64,000 nucleotides of DNA from Camelus dromedarius (GCF_036321535.1 NC_087436.1:63304001-63368000); one strand, 5' to 3'. Counted from the stretch's first letter, positions 1-13,945 are shown. The notes: generated by a model from the letters alone, not told the origin. A program made the numbers and translations.

Positions 1-299
1 TAAACTGTATTTCATTGTTTTTCAAAAAGAAAAAAACAGTTTTAGGTAATATTGGATTCTAAGGTTTCTGATGTGAAATTTGATTCCTTAAGTAATCTAT
101 GCCTCTATGGATTGTTGATTTTAGAATTGAAAAATTAGCACTTGGAAGATATAAAATAAGGAAAAGACGAAAGGGCAACGCAAGGAATAGTGTGTGGAAC
201 ATGCGGTTGTTTTAGCTAAAAATAGCAGACAACTAAAATCAAACTAACTTTATTATAAGGAAACATATTACCTTATGCACATTGAATATATGGTAAGCT

Positions 300-690
300 T
301 CATAGCTGATTGGTCTTTTCATCTCTCCCATCTGCCATCCTCTGTTTTGCTAAATCTTTCAGATTGTTCCAAAATAGCTAAAACTCCTCCAGGTTTCACC
401 TTCTATGGTCAGGTGAAGTGGGAAATCATCTCTTCCTGCAGTTTCCTCTAGAGACAAGAAAACTACTCCCAGCAGCTCCAAGCAGAATTTGTCTCATGTT
501 CTACTGACCAGAATTTGGTCACATCTGAATATTAAGAAGATGAATGAGCTTACTTTAGAAATACTGAGCCCTCCACTGGAGCTGGTGGTGGCTCAGCTTC
601 CTCTGATGTGCAAGGTACTATGATGGAGAGATAGTTACCTAAGACAAAGGCTCTGTTGGAAAACAGGAAGGGGAGTATGAGACACCTGAC
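300..690 (-). mobile_element. Old MaLR LTR fragment (MLT1J/K-like)
   Basis: Degenerate motifs such as 'ctcatgttctactgaccagaatttggtcacat' and 'ggagagatagttacctaag' resemble old MLT1 LTRs; the ends are fuzzy. Confidence 0.5.
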
Positions 691-1479
691 CATGTCTCTT
701 AAAAGGTAAAAATGTACTTTATCTAACAAACCATTGCTCACATTATATAGGTGGTTATTTGTAATAAAGATCACTTTTAAAATATTAACTAATCTTAAGA
801 AACAAAGAGAAACTTTTGAAAACGGCATACGACGTATTTTAGCCTGGTTAACCATTAAACCCATAATTGATTTGGAGTGCAGCCACCACAAGCTGTTCCA
901 AGAAAGAAAAAATAAAGACTTTTTATGAAACACTCATCTAAGAATAGAAGTATGCATTTTTTCCTCTACGTGGGCAATGCGTATTATAGTATGTTCTTTA
1001 AAAACTCTGTAAGAAGTTAAAATGCAGCTGTAAAAGTACAGCCCAACACAATGGCCCTCTGTTAGTCATTTGCACTGGTTCTTGCATGTAAAAATATTTG
1101 GCTTTTAGGTCACCAACAGATAAGAAATTTCTGGGTCTTCAGAAGAAAAGACTGATTATTTTTACATACTATTCTAGTATAATCCCTTACAAGGACACGT
1201 CCAAGTGCATGTTCAATAATTTTACATATTTAAATTTAATAAATGGAAAAATATTTTCCATCTTCAAAAGTGGCACTTAACTCAAATCCACAGAACTGTA
1301 TTGCACTTCAACAGCAGGTAAAAATAATGCCTGCAAATAGGAATCTTATTGTTACTCGGTAACTTATTTAAAAAAAAAAAAAAGACATACAGAGCTGTTT
1401 AAATTTTTATTTCACATCTACAAAGATATGAGGTCTTATTAACAATTAAATGACCTCAGGTATATATGACTGAAAATAC

Positions 1480-3384
1480 AGTAATAATACATAGTCATGT
1501 AGTGATGGGGACCATAATGCTACATGCTTTAAATCTTCAACTGCGGCACTGGTGTCTGCTAGTCTGCTTGAGATGTGCTATTGCTTCTGCTTTTCTGTCT
1601 TGGCCAAGGTCTAGTTTCCACTTGTCTACTTTTCTACCATTACAGATCTTCCTGGACAGCTTAGACGAGCAATGTCAAGGTTCTGAAAGCTGTTATGTGT
1701 ATTTAATCCCATCGTGCCCACAAGGATCAAGTAACTTAGCACAGGATGGGTCCTTGGACCTCTTTCAACCACCCTGAGATAGACCTCGGCCAGGATTTTA
1801 TTTCCTGGACCCCACATGTTCCCACTCAAGCTGTGTGGGGAAGGTATGATGGCATTTTGGGTCTCCTATGAGAGAGCTGTACATACAAACTTTAGCATTG
1901 CACAGTCCTTCTTTAGGGGTCCTAAGCTCTTCTTCCAGCAATGGGTTAAGTCTGAGAACTGACTTGGGTATGAAAATGATAGCCATGACCACAGACCTAT
2001 GGAGGTCAGCAGTCCCAGCTGCTATTGTGGTTTTGCTGCGGATTATGGCAATTACATCTATCTTGCATCTGGAGTTGAAGAGATACCACTCTTTGCATAC
2101 AGAGGTCAGCCACCATTAACCTTCTCAATAATGACAGTGACCATATCACTAACATTTTCCTTTTGGTTTAGTGAAGGAAGATTTCTTTGGAACCCCTCAG
2201 GGAACACAGTCAGCTGGCAGGTTCTCTGCTCTGATGAATGAACAAATCCACTCCAGTGTGCCCACTTTTCTGAGTCCGAGGACTGCTTCTTCATTCTGCC
2301 AAGGCAATTCTTCAAAGCCTCATTTGCTGTAGGCCATCGTTTTTTCTAAACTTCACATAGACCTCCAGGAATACATTAAGATTGGCTCCAGGTGTCCTTG
2401 TCAGGACACAAATCATGATACACATATGAGTAACACCGTCAGTGAAATCCTCCTTATCTAGCCTGATATTCTACCATACCATTCCCAGGTTAGCAACCTC
2501 AAGATCCATTTCAGGACATATATATTTTTTAATTCCTCCCATACTTAATGACTTAGGTCCTTCAGTTCCTTTCATGAATAATATCTTTTCTCCCAAAGTA
2601 AGAAGAGTGCTTCAACATTAGGCTTTTGTTTACTCCTTACTGCTTTATTGACCTAGAAGCCATAAGAGGAAGTATGGGTCATCTTGAGGAAGCCTCCCTC
2701 CTCAAGAAAGGCTCTGTATAGTTTGCAGGCCAGAGGGCGCTATTTCTTCTAGCAAAGAGGAGGGAGCCACCTCCAACAGGCTAGTAGATTGAGGAGATTT
2801 GAGCATTTAAATTCTTCAAGCACATACACCTAAGTGTTCCCACTCCAGGTCCCAGGACCTCACTTTTTCTCTGTAGCACTTTGATTCTAGTCTCAGAGAC
2901 ATGCTGCCAACTGTGAACTAAGCCTTTTCTTGAGATTATCACAATCATATCTTGGGTTTTGTTTTCTGCCCAAAATGAGCTCCAGTTTTGGAAATAAAGT
3001 TCTTCTAAAATGCTGTCACTGAGGCCTCTGGCTTTCTCATCATACTCCTGGGTTGAAGGTTGCCTGACATAAGCCTGACATTCTCTTCCTCAGTACATTT
3101 ATGGTGCTGAACAGTGTACAATGTTCTTATCATTACTTTTGCCACCACATCTCTTAAATTCTAGAGACATGAGGTAAGCCAGCACTTCTCTGATGTGTAT
3201 CACATCTCACATCTCCACAGATGAGGGTCCTGGTGATTGTACTGCTACAACATGCCAGGCCTGATACAGTAATTACCACCCCACTTACCAACAGCGTAAC
3301 AGTCCTTGCTGTCTGGCTAGCCTAGAATATAACTCAAAATCCTATCCTGAAGATTTACTTTTAGGAGCAGTTCTGGTACCAAAT
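1480..3384 (-). mobile_element. Class III ERV internal region (ERV3-16A3/ERVL-like), decayed 5' leader and gag
   Basis: The minus strand starts 'atttggtaccagaactg' directly after the LTR, as ERVL/MaLR internals do. The minus strand at about 1910-1970 ('cagttctcagacttaacccattg...aggacccctaaagaagg') resembles the conserved post-gag block. No intact ORF. Confidence 0.65.
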
Positions 3385-3845
3385 CTTTTGTGGTTTTCTA
3401 TAGATTCAGACCCAGAGACAATACACAAGTGCAATATCCTGCAGGGAAGTGGAGATTAATATACCAAGAGGAAGACAGACAATAATATACTATTAAGCCA
3501 GTTAACCTCCGTGGGCAACTGAAACTCATTCCTACAGAAAACACTTGGAATATGGTGTAAAACTCAAAGCATTATTCCTCCTGAGGATCAAGAAAACTGT
3601 ACTACTAACGTTAGTTTTCTTTTTTTAACATTAATTTTCATCACTCATATCTTGAAGGCCACTTGCAGAAGTTGTTAATTCCACAGCACTCTGGTCTGCT
3701 TTATGTACAGAAAGAGAGACCCCCCCCCCCTTAAAAAAACTATCATCCACAAAGATAGAAATATTCACAGTTAGAAATTGTCTAGAGCACACTGAAACTG
3801 TAAGGCCAAGGTTACATTTGGGTGCTGACAGTCCCTGTCATTACC
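3385..3845 (-). mobile_element. LTR16-like ERVL LTR (5' LTR of the adjacent internal region)
   Basis: Plus-strand 'cagacccagagacaa...agtgcaa' resembles the reverse of an LTR16 3' end. Minus-strand 'gggactgtcagcaccc' resembles an LTR16 start. Confidence 0.6.
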
Positions 3846-3899
3846 ATATTTAACATTACCATATTTGACTGAAAAATCTAATACAAATCTAGAAGTTTC

Positions 3900-4330
3900 T
3901 CCCTTTTCTAGTTTTTTATTTTCTCTTCCATTTTGGTCTGGCAGTTACTTTCCAGGAATTCTCATAAAATTATTACTGATAAAGAAATAGGCTCTAATAT
4001 GCCCAGAATGCATTCAAATTTAGTCAGTTTTCCCTAAAATGTCTTTTACAACTCGTTTGTTAAGTCAGGATGTATTCAAGAACTATGGTTATTTTGTTTA
4101 TAATGTCTTCAGTATATCTCAATTTTAAACATTCTTTTTCTCTTTTTGTCAGGACAGTAATATTAACTCATGTATATTTTGGCCTTTAACTTGCTTCTTT
4201 ATCCTCAATATTTTCTTCAAATTAGACATTGGATATGGGATGGATTGGATTAGGTTAAACATTTTTGGCAATAAGAGTACACAGATGCTGCTGCTTTTCC
4301 AGATTGTTTAATGAGAGAAGGCTTATCAAT
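3900..4330 (-). mobile_element. Old L1 (L1MC-like) 3' UTR fragment
   Basis: Degenerate motifs 'aatgtcttttaca' and 'aggttaaacatttttggcaa'. Confidence 0.4.
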
Positions 4331-6544
4331 TTAAATGATGTCTCAATTTGTCATGAAAAATAAATTATACTTAGGAAAGTTTTTAATATTCAACAAAAAT
4401 CAAGTATCAAGTCACTTAATCATTGATCAATATGTATCACTAGCATTTTTAGTATATATTTACCAAATTTTCCTTGCAATATCTTCCAGTGTTTTTGTGC
4501 TTTGAAAATTCTGCTCCCATATGGATAAATCTTCATCTATATTTCTTTCCAGTACTTTTTTGTGCAAAATTATTATATGCTGCAAGTAATATTCTAACTT
4601 GCTCTTTTTTCAAAAGTTACATACTTTTTTCAATTCTATTTCAAACCAAGAACTCCTTTTAATTTTTTAATTATTAAAATCATTTTAAATTAAACCACTC
4701 ATGCTCTCAGACTTCATCAAATCGTCCTATGCATGAATGTTTTTCCAAGATAAGAAAACTTTTTCTCATACAATTGTATAAGCTTAGCTGTAGTTTTAAA
4801 AGAATTCTCTGTAGTTTCTAAGAAATTTAGCAACAGCCAACTTCAGGTTTCTTTCCCACTTAATTAATTCCCACTTAATAGAAGAGACAATACTTTGACA
4901 CTGGTTATGTCTGTTCTGAAAAGGCCTTGATTTGTCTCATTTCCCCACTAACACCAAATCATTCATTAGTCTCTTCTTGTTTCTAACCTATTTACTTGAA
5001 ACAGTATTCTAATTACAGCAAGGCCATTAGCCGAGCTATGTTAATATGTACTCTAAGACATTATTTATCCCTCCATCTTTTTTTCCTCTTGTACATAAAG
5101 TAGTAGACAAGGACAAACAATTCAAACTGACTCTTCTTGGTCTAATTCATGCTACTTTCCCTCCAAAGCCTATGACTAACCTTCTCTTTCTAGTAGTCTT
5201 GATTGTTTTTCTTCTAGCCTTCTTACCACTTTTATTTGCCTCTTTCCCTCCACATGAGTGGCTTTATATTTTAAATCATACAATTTTATATCTAATGTAT
5301 TCAAAATTTAAACCTTTTTACTTGAAAATAAAAAACTTAATTCTAAAATAACATATCTTCTCTATATCTCATTGCACTGTATTCCAAATTATTTTCAACT
5401 TAGTTTCAGGTCATATATATATATGTATTTGTAAGATTTGCATTTAGCCATTAAATGGTCTTTATCTCAATAAAGTTCACAAAATAGTTAATTTATTACA
5501 TGATATAAAAAACTTTTTTATCATCCATTTAAAATATGTCTGTAATGAAAATGTATTCTGTATTAAATTTTAGAGTATACAGTGTTGCAGTTATGTTAGA
5601 TGTTTCTTTACTCATTTTTCTTTCTCTGAAATAGTTAAAAATGAGATGACTAGCATAGTTAACAACTCCTTAAGCTCTAAATGAGAAAACCCTACTAAAG
5701 GAATGTTGCTGGTTGGCATAGTATTTCTTCAGTGACCGACAGCTACAAATCGTATTACTCTGTAAAACTTACTACTTTGAAATGTTTCTCAAGACGTTTT
5801 ATGTTAATCCCATTATAATGGGACTACAATCAAGCAATTGTAATGGTAGCAATTTTCACTGCTTTTATAGAAATTGTAGATAGATTGGACTAAATCCGAA
5901 ACCTACTCCAAATAAAACAGCTTTCAACTCTTATGTTTTTTATAACAATAAATGCTAAACTATCTTCCATAAAAGGCTAACATAAAAATTAAACAAGTTC
6001 TCCTTAGAAATTATGGATTTTTTAACTTTCAATTTTTATCATAATATGTTTTTTGCAGAAATTTAATTTTAAGATTGGAGAGATGAAGTCCAAAATACTG
6101 TATAGTTTTTACACAGAGCTAATCTTCACAGAGCTGTACAGATTCTGTTTAATAAAGCCTCCATAGTAGGTTTGTCTCTGATAGAGTATAGATTAATCAT
6201 GTAGATTAAAATGAGAATAGGATAATTTCCATAAAACTGCCTTCAAGTTTAAGTGTCAATTTTACCTCTATGTGGGCCACATTAAATTGAATAATTAATT
6301 CCGAAAAATATGCTTGATTAAAATAAACTTTAATAGTATACATGAAGTCTAGTTTTTAGTATATGCATTCACTTCTTTAGTTATTTAACACTTATGTACA
6401 GAGGATTTACTATGTGCCTAGCACTGTTACGTACCAAGGTTACAGTGACACATAAGTTATATTATTCATTTTTTTAACACATTATAGTTCAAATTGGCTG
6501 ACAAGCAAAAACATTACAATAACAACAACAATAATAACAACAGC

Positions 6545-6790
6545 AGTAGGTAATATTTATTGAGTGCAATCTATTCCGGCACTGTGCTGTGCTGAGAGTT
6601 TCATATTTTAACCCATTTTATCTTCTTGACACTTTGAGAGTGGTAAACATTCTTATTCCAATTTTGCAGTTAATAGATCTGAAATTTAATGAGATCACGT
6701 TATCTGCCCAATGTTACATAGCTCTAGAGGGAAGAGCTAGGATTCAAATAAGGTTCTCATTGGCTCCACAACCAGAACTTTTAAACTGTA
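6545..6790 (-). mobile_element. MIR SINE
   Basis: 'atttattgagtg...cactgtgct', the core 'ttattccaattttgcagtt...tgcccaatgttacatagct', and 'gagctaggattcaaa'. Confidence 0.85.
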
Positions 6791-8151
6791 TGATTTATGG
6801 AACCATTGAGATCCCATATGAAGACTATAAAAAGTCAACATTTAACAGAGTCCTAAGGTTTAAAAATTATGAGAAGTGTTTTCAATAAATAAGATCATTT
6901 CAAAATTAGCAATATTTCTTAAAATGTGAGCTTATGCCTGCAAAGTTTCAGTTAGCCTAGAACACACATAATATACCAGTGACTTTGAGTAACTATTCTA
7001 GAAAGTAATATGTTAACATTTGTCAATGGTCATGAAGAGATTTTTAGATTTATGACAAATACACGGTCACTTCTAGAAACCGCTTGAAGAAAATAATTTA
7101 AAGGAATAGTTAAAAAGCATGTCTGTAAAGATGTTTTAGCATTATTTTCAAAATAAAAAAGGGTCTAAATATCTAATAGTATGTGAATTTTTATTAATTT
7201 TGGTTAATCTGTCCAAAAATGATATTATTGAAATAATTTTAAATGATAATTATCAAAATAAACAGATTTAATATTATTATGCAATTAATATAACAATAAA
7301 ATTAAAAGTTAAGTTCTAGAATTTCAGCCATCTATAACTGATGAATATTCATAGACATTGACTAAAGGTGAGTATAAAGATAAAAACATTTCATTTCTTG
7401 GACCAGAAAAATAATGACTCAATTTTTCTCTCATTTTTGCTTTAAATAAATAAACATTGTCTTAAACTTATTTTTAAAAGCTTACATTTTTAAAGAATGT
7501 TTTTAATTTAAAGGGCAGAAGAATGTCTTATTATACTTACTTAAAAGTATGATGCATAATTTGTATTTTTCAATGTAATAATCTCCAAAGAATTTTTCTA
7601 TTTAGGTATTCCTATTATTATATACACAATTATGTGTATTGTATAATGATATGCAGTTGAATTCCTTAAAGCAATGATATCATGTCTTTGCAAAAGCTAC
7701 ATGTCAAATAAGATGTAATATTTTTCTTTTTCTTTATCAGACACTTGAAAAAGTCTAATAACTTGATGTTTTTTTCCTTCCTGTTTATAGACAAACAAAA
7801 TAACTTCAACTTTAGGCAAAAATATCAACTTATGCAAGGATTGATTGAGTTTATTTTTTATTCATATAGTAAAATGGCTCCATACATTTACATTTATGAG
7901 AAAAATGAAGACAAAATTCAAGGTGATTTCCTTTCCTATAGAAGGGTATATTTGAAATGTATTTAGGCAACAAATTTAGAAGTTTTCGCAACACCACAGA
8001 GCAGAGAAAACTAGTGAAAAATAATTTTTTGAGTGTTGCTTTTGATTTGTTTGCCAATTAAAAACATGTTTCTACAGTTTAGCAGGTTGATTTTTATGGC
8101 TAGAATATGTGAAAGTATAAATTGCTCTCTGAACATGTTAGATTATCTTGA

Positions 8152-8192
8152 TATATACATACACACACACACATACACATATACATATATAT
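8152..8192. repeat. (TA)/(CA) compound microsatellite
   Basis: Read directly from the sequence. Confidence 0.85.
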
Positions 8193-8389
8193 AGGAATAT
8201 CTAGGAAGGCAAAACCTAAAAAAATTAAAACTCCTTAAAAAGTAGCAGAAAATATGAAAGACAATTAAAGTAGTACTTCCTTATTCTAAAGTAATCCTTA
8301 ATTTCTCACCCTTTGAGTCTCAAATAAGCCTGTGCCTTTTTAAAATTTCGACCTATTTCTTTTTACTGGTGATGTCCCTTATTTCAATT

Positions 8390-8845
8390 TCTAATAATAT
8401 GTAACATACCACTCCTAATTTAGTGGCATGCAACAACAACTATTTAATATGACTACTTGCCTGGGACCCAGGAAGTCTGATGCCATAGCCAGGAAAACTC
8501 AAATACTGACAATGACTTGATGTCTGGCAGTCAAAGTCATCTGAAGTATGATTTATTCACTTCTCCAGCCGGCAGGACTAGAAGTCTGTGGACCTGAGAT
8601 TCACACATGACCTCTCTATGTGTCCTGGCTTTCAGAGTATAGTGGCCTTAATGTAACTCGACTTAGCATATGGCAGTCTGAGCCTCCAAGCACGAGCATT
8701 CCAGGAAACAAGGCTGAGGTGATGCAGTGAGACAGCATAGACCACAGGTCTTGAGAGGAGAAGTTCCACAGTCACATTTTAGAAGAGCATGTTGGAATAG
8801 GAGATATTGTTGTGACTAACTCTGGGAAAATACAGTCTGGCATTC
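8390..8845 (-). mobile_element. MaLR LTR (MLT1F/H-like)
   Basis: Starts 'gtaacataccactcctaatttagtggc...aacaacaactattt'; ends near 'ggagatattgttgtg...ctgggaaaatacagtctg'. Confidence 0.7.
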
Positions 8846-8899
8846 AGCTTCTGAATCCACTTGGAAGTTTAAAGCTCTCTTTATGTGTTTTGCTAACAT

Positions 8900-10560
8900 C
8901 TGTGCATCTGGCAATCCATACATCTAGCAGAAGTTGAGGTTTAAAGATGAACGAGATACACCCTCATTCCTATGGATGGGTACATAAGCAATTACAGTAA
9001 TTGCTAGTTGAAAGATACACACAAATTAGAATAGTTGAATATACAGAAAAGTGTTAGGTACAGGGAAGAAAATGAGGAGTCTTAAATGATTAATGTACAT
9101 TTGCTAAGAAACAAAAAGAAAGTGTTAGAGAGTGCTTCACCCAGGAAAGGTACATATTAAATGTTCTGAAAACCTGAGCACATGATCCAGTTGGGAGAGA
9201 GCAAGGAGTTCAGAATGGCAGAAGCTCAGAATATGAGCACACAACTGTAGGAATTGAGACTGGAAGGGTAAATATGGGCCAGATCAGAAAGCATCCTGGA
9301 TGTTAAAATAAGGAGGCTTGTCCTGAAGCTCCTTGGAATCATTGGATGGTTTTTAATCAGAGGAATAAAGAACCAGACTTGTAAGATCAATTGAGCAACA
9401 CAGTGGAGAATGAAGAGGTAGGTAGGCAAGAACAGAAGAAGCAGGATGAATGAGGACACTAGAAATTAGGAGACTAACTAGCCTTGGGAGCTAAGGGAGA
9501 GTGTCCTTAAACTTTCGGGCCTGCGATAGCAAAGCACCGCAGACTAGGCAGCTTTTAAACAACATAAATGTATTCCTCATTTCAGAGGCGGGAAGCCCAA
9601 GATAAGAGTGCTGGCATGGTTGGACGAGGGCTCTCTGCTGGATCACAGACTTCTCGTTGTATTTTCACATGGCGGAGTGACGAGGGGTCTCTCTGGAGCC
9701 CCTTTTATGAATAAGTCCTGTTCATGAGGGTGCCACCTTCATGACTAAATCACCCTCAAACAGCTCCATCTACTCACACCATCACCTTTGTAGGGTAGGG
9801 TTTCAACACGAATTATGAAGGGACGCAAATATTCAGACCATAGCAGAGACTTGTGACTAGTATTTTTGGGTTTTGACTTTGAACACTAGCTCAGCGTTGT
9901 TCCTTTCATGTGAAATGATGCATATAGAAGGTGGAAAAGATTGGGGTCTGAGGACAGGTTTAATCAGTTGTGACTATGTTGCAAGTGGCCTAAATGAAAA
10001 CGTACAGTGAGGAGTTAGACTTATATGGATTAGCTCCTATCAGTTTATACATGACATTAAAAAGCAAATGTAATAAAGTCTTCTGGAGAGAGTCAGTGGT
10101 GTGAGACTAGCACAGGACTAAATTCAGAACATGAAGAAATGACAACAGTTGAGGTAACGATTCAGTCAAGAATTCCGAAAAGGGGCAGACAGAGAGAAAG
10201 AGGAAAACATATGATTGCCAAATAAGAGTAAGAGTAATAATAATGATAATAGAAAAAGGATTTTGAAGATCAATCAAAAGCAAGCTCTTGTCAGAAAAAG
10301 ACAAAAATGTTCATTAATTGTGTTTAACAGCAAGAATTAAGCATGGAAGGAGCATTTCCATTGGATGAATTAGCGATGATTTGAGATGTCAGTAAAAAGT
10401 GAGAAAGTAGAACAAAGAATAAAGGTAATTTTTTCAACATGGGCTGTAAGGTGAGAAAGATAAAATAGTAGTCTGGTTATGAGACGGGAAAATCTGAAGT
10501 AGTGCAAATGTAAATTCAAAAGAACAAATTGAAAGTAGTTGAAAAGACTACAGAGAGATT
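8900..10560 (-). mobile_element. Decayed L2 LINE, interrupted by an MLT1A LTR
   Basis: Purine-rich L2-type motifs, e.g. 'aaggagttcagaatggc' and 'ggatggtttttaatcagagg'. Confidence 0.55.
9502..9845 (-). mobile_element. MLT1A-like solo LTR
   Basis: TG...CA ends; 'ttaaacaacataaatgtattcctca' and 'tttcaacacgaatt...attcagaccatagca'; near-perfect 5 bp TSD gagag/gagac. Confidence 0.9.
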
Positions 10561-10994
10561 ACATAATTAACTAGCATTTTCTTTTTTCACTCTCCTTTGC
10601 AGACTTTTGTGTTCCCTGAACATTGGGTCCAGACTGAAGTAAACTGATTATGGGGATAATCTGGACTTTATCAGTGACTTGCAGTATATCCCTGTTAAAA
10701 TGGGCATCGAGAGGTGTTATCCAGAATCAAAATTAAAAATAAGCCAGGGAAACAGTTCAATGTACTAATAACTAGGATACCAGAAATTATGAGATTATGA
10801 GGCAAGGGGATTCAATCTGGGTGTAAGCCAATAGACTGGACATTTAAGGAAAAGCCTGGCAGAAATGGGAAGAAAATGTGTGAGGTAGAATCCAGAGTGA
10901 TTTCCTGAGCTAACTGGATATAGATGACCTTAAAATTTTAAAATATAACTGAAAGATTTAGCCAGTTCTCGAGTCAAAAAGAGTGGCATTTGAT

Positions 10995-11379
10995 TCCTAT
11001 GGACTGAACTGTGCTCCCTCAAAAGTCTTACGTTAAAGCCCTAACTCTCAATATGACTGTATTTGGAAATAGAGCCTTTTGGAGGTAATTAAGGTTAAAT
11101 GATGCCATAGGATGGGGCCCTGTTTGAATAGTTTTAATACACTTATAAAAAAAGATACCAGAGCACTCTCTCTCTCTCTCTCTCTGTCGAAAAGCATGTG
11201 AGGACACAGAAGAAGGTGACCACTTGCAAGTCAGGAAGAGGGCTCTCACCAGAGACTGAACCCTGATGGATCTTGATCTTGACCTCTCCAGCATCCAGAA
11301 CTCTGAGAAAATAAGTTTCTACTGTTTAAGCCACACAACCTGTGGTATTTTGCTGTGGTAACCTGATCAGACTGAGACG
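10995..11379 (+). mobile_element. MLT1A/B-like solo LTR
   Basis: 'ctatggactgaa', 'gtatttggaaatagagcc' and 'ctgtttaagccacacaacctgtggtattttg'; flanks ttgat/ctgat; internal (CT)n run. Confidence 0.9.
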
Positions 11380-12119
11380 CTGATGGAGACTCACATGCAT
11401 AAAGAAGGGAGAGGCAGCCCATCTTACTATACAGAAAGCAGACCACGACACGGGAGGTCTGGGGAACAGACTTTTTAAATTGCTGCTCACTCATGTTGTA
11501 CGACGTTAATTTAGCCTGTCTTTCAATTTTATTATTGAAATATTATTTTTCTCATTCTGTTGGTATCTAAATAATTATAATTTAGAGAATATCACACTGA
11601 TTTGTTAAACTAAGACATTGACCTTTCTTTATAGTAGTTGCTAAGAAATTTAAGCATTCCTAATAGCATGCAAAAACATTAAGGCACATGCAATCATAAA
11701 TTAATTCCTGAGACCTGCTTACCAGTAGATTCTGAGGCCAACACTATTTTTCAAACCAACTGGCAGTATTTTTGATAAGGTATTTCACCAATTCATCAAG
11801 AAAAAATGATATGAGAGATTTAGAATATTGGAACATGTTGTTAGACCCATTTAATCAATATAAGAAATATATGATAGTCACAATCAGTGTCAATAATTAA
11901 TATAGACATTCAAATATTTTTTAAAATTTGCAGTAATGTTTATTTTTCACCTTGTGGACTTCCCCTGATATTTGTAAACATTTAAAAAATATAACATGTA
12001 TTGTTCATTATTTCAAGTTTTCTTTAACTTTCTCCACCAATGCTTTATAGTTTCAGTTTCTAGACCACTTTTTGTTAAATATATTTTGTTTCATTCTTTA
12101 AATGCTATCATAAATTATG

Positions 12120-13945
12120 CTGGAAAAAGAGACTGCACCTCTATGATCTCTGTTCACTAAAAAGTTAGTGCAGGTAGCATGAGGGTGAACAAAACCAAAA
12201 ATCTACTGAAATCTGGGTGTATAGTGTGAAGGAGTTGTCTCATTTTGTAGATTGGTAACATTAGCTTCCTAAAGGACTTTTACTAAAATTATGAGATTGA
12301 CTAATTCAGGAGCTGTCTCTCTGGTTTTCAATGCTACACAATAGAGGAGAATGTTTGGGTGACACAGGACCCACTGTGTGTTATTGAACAATTATATCTG
12401 CCTATAAATGATCTAAATACACAGCAGGTTTGTTCCCAAGGGGTCAGTCAGCATGGTGGACTAGATAAATGCTGTTGTAAAGTTTGTTTACTTTGAGAAA
12501 GAGAATTGTCTTTCCTCTCCTTTAAATTCCAAGTGGAACTCCTCTTTGCTGGATTGGCCTTATGATCATTACATATTCATTAATTAGTATGCTTCCTATC
12601 CAGATCATGACAAACAGGTGATTAAGGAACCTTTCAGCATAAACACCCAATATAAACTAACTGCTGCAAAATCAAGCAACAGTCAGAGAACCCATATCAC
12701 ATTTGGTGTGTCAGCTTCCTCTTACGGGTCTTACAGATGCTGAGGAAATTAGAAGGAATAGTCAAGGGATTTGTCCTAGCAGGGTGGAAATTATAACAAT
12801 GTTACTAAGAAATGGTATTAATGGAATTAAGCAGACATTGATGGAATCAAAACAAATGTCTTAATGCAGCACCATCAGAGGTGGGGTGGACTGATGGGAG
12901 CCTCCAACATTGAAGGGCCCTAAAAAAACCTCCTCTACTTATCCTCATTCGTAGGAATTTTAAAAGCCAGGAGACAAAAAGGATAATGAGAAATCTGACC
13001 CTGAATTGTCACACTGATAGTGTGCGAAGTTAATGAAAATGAGGATTGAAGACGGAAACAAGGTCTCCCAACACCACATGACCATGCAGGGGAAAGTGGC
13101 CAGGGGTGGAGAAGAATTCTTTCTGGGACTCTGACCCAGAAGCCCAGTGCACTGTAATGCCAAAACATTTGATGAAGTCCTAATGAAGATTTAATTAAAT
13201 TGGGATAATGTGAAGACGCAGTGGTTGATAAGATTAAGGTAAAAGTTTGGAGGAAAAATTAGAATTTGAACAGACTTTGTGTGAAGCATTTGCATCTTTA
13301 CATGACTCTATTGGGGTGGATATTATGTCTGACTGGTGAACATTTCTTTTATTTAGTATTGTAAAACAGAAGACAGGTAAGTTTGCTCTTCACTCAGTAT
13401 TCACTGGACACACTAAATGGCAACCAAGAGATTTGCCACATAGATTATTAGTATGAAACAATATCAGATGCCTGGTGGACAAAAGACTTACCACTTTAAT
13501 TAAGGACATGTTAGAAGTCGGAGTACTGTCACCAACAAGTTTGCTGTACAACAGCCCTGTGCAGCCTGCGAAAAAGGCGGATGGAGACTAACAATATATT
13601 ATGGAGGATTCAATTAAGTAGTACCACCTAGAGCAGCAGCAGTCACTAATTTGTATTCATCGCCTGCAGGAAAAACTACAATGAGCTAAGGAGACCAATA
13701 CTCAATCATTTATCTTACAAATATTTTTTCTTATCTTGATCTCAAAAAAGAGCCAACTCAATTTTGCCTTCATGTGGGAAGGAGCCCAATTTATGTTTGC
13801 TAGAATGCCACGGGGTTATTTGAATTCACCAACTTACTGTCATAATTTGGCTAGGAGGGGGACTACATGCAGTTTCTGAGTATGCTAATACACTACATTG
13901 ACGATATCATGATAGCATCAAAAACTGAAGAACAAGCAAGGGCTG
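12120..13945 (+). pseudogene. ERVL-class endogenous retrovirus gag-pro-pol(RT) remnant, frameshifted
   Basis: Manual translation gives protease-like FLGL/DPEAQCTVMP (~13120-13162) and IGVDIMSDW (~13311). RT segments are KQYQMPGG, IKDMLEVGVLSPTSLLYNSPVQPAKKADG (~13499), FAFMWEGAQFMFARMPRGYLNSPTYCHNL (13763-13849) and LIHYIDDIMI (YIDD at 13894-13905). Confidence 0.9.

Noticed and set aside
820..856. Small CpG cluster with palindromes (atacgacgtat, tggttaacca)
   Set aside because: It is too short to distinguish from chance without conservation data.
550..933. 127-aa minus-strand ORF and the other 60-150 aa ORFs outside L1
   Set aside because: There is no recognisable domain, the composition is that of AT-rich noncoding DNA, many start at non-ATG codons, and many overlap repeats.
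10577..10645. Strong plus-strand acceptor 'ttttcttttttcactctcctttgcag' (similar ones near 7740, 27971 and 32929)
   Set aside because: There is no convincing paired donor or coding frame, and isolated acceptors are frequent in T-rich DNA.
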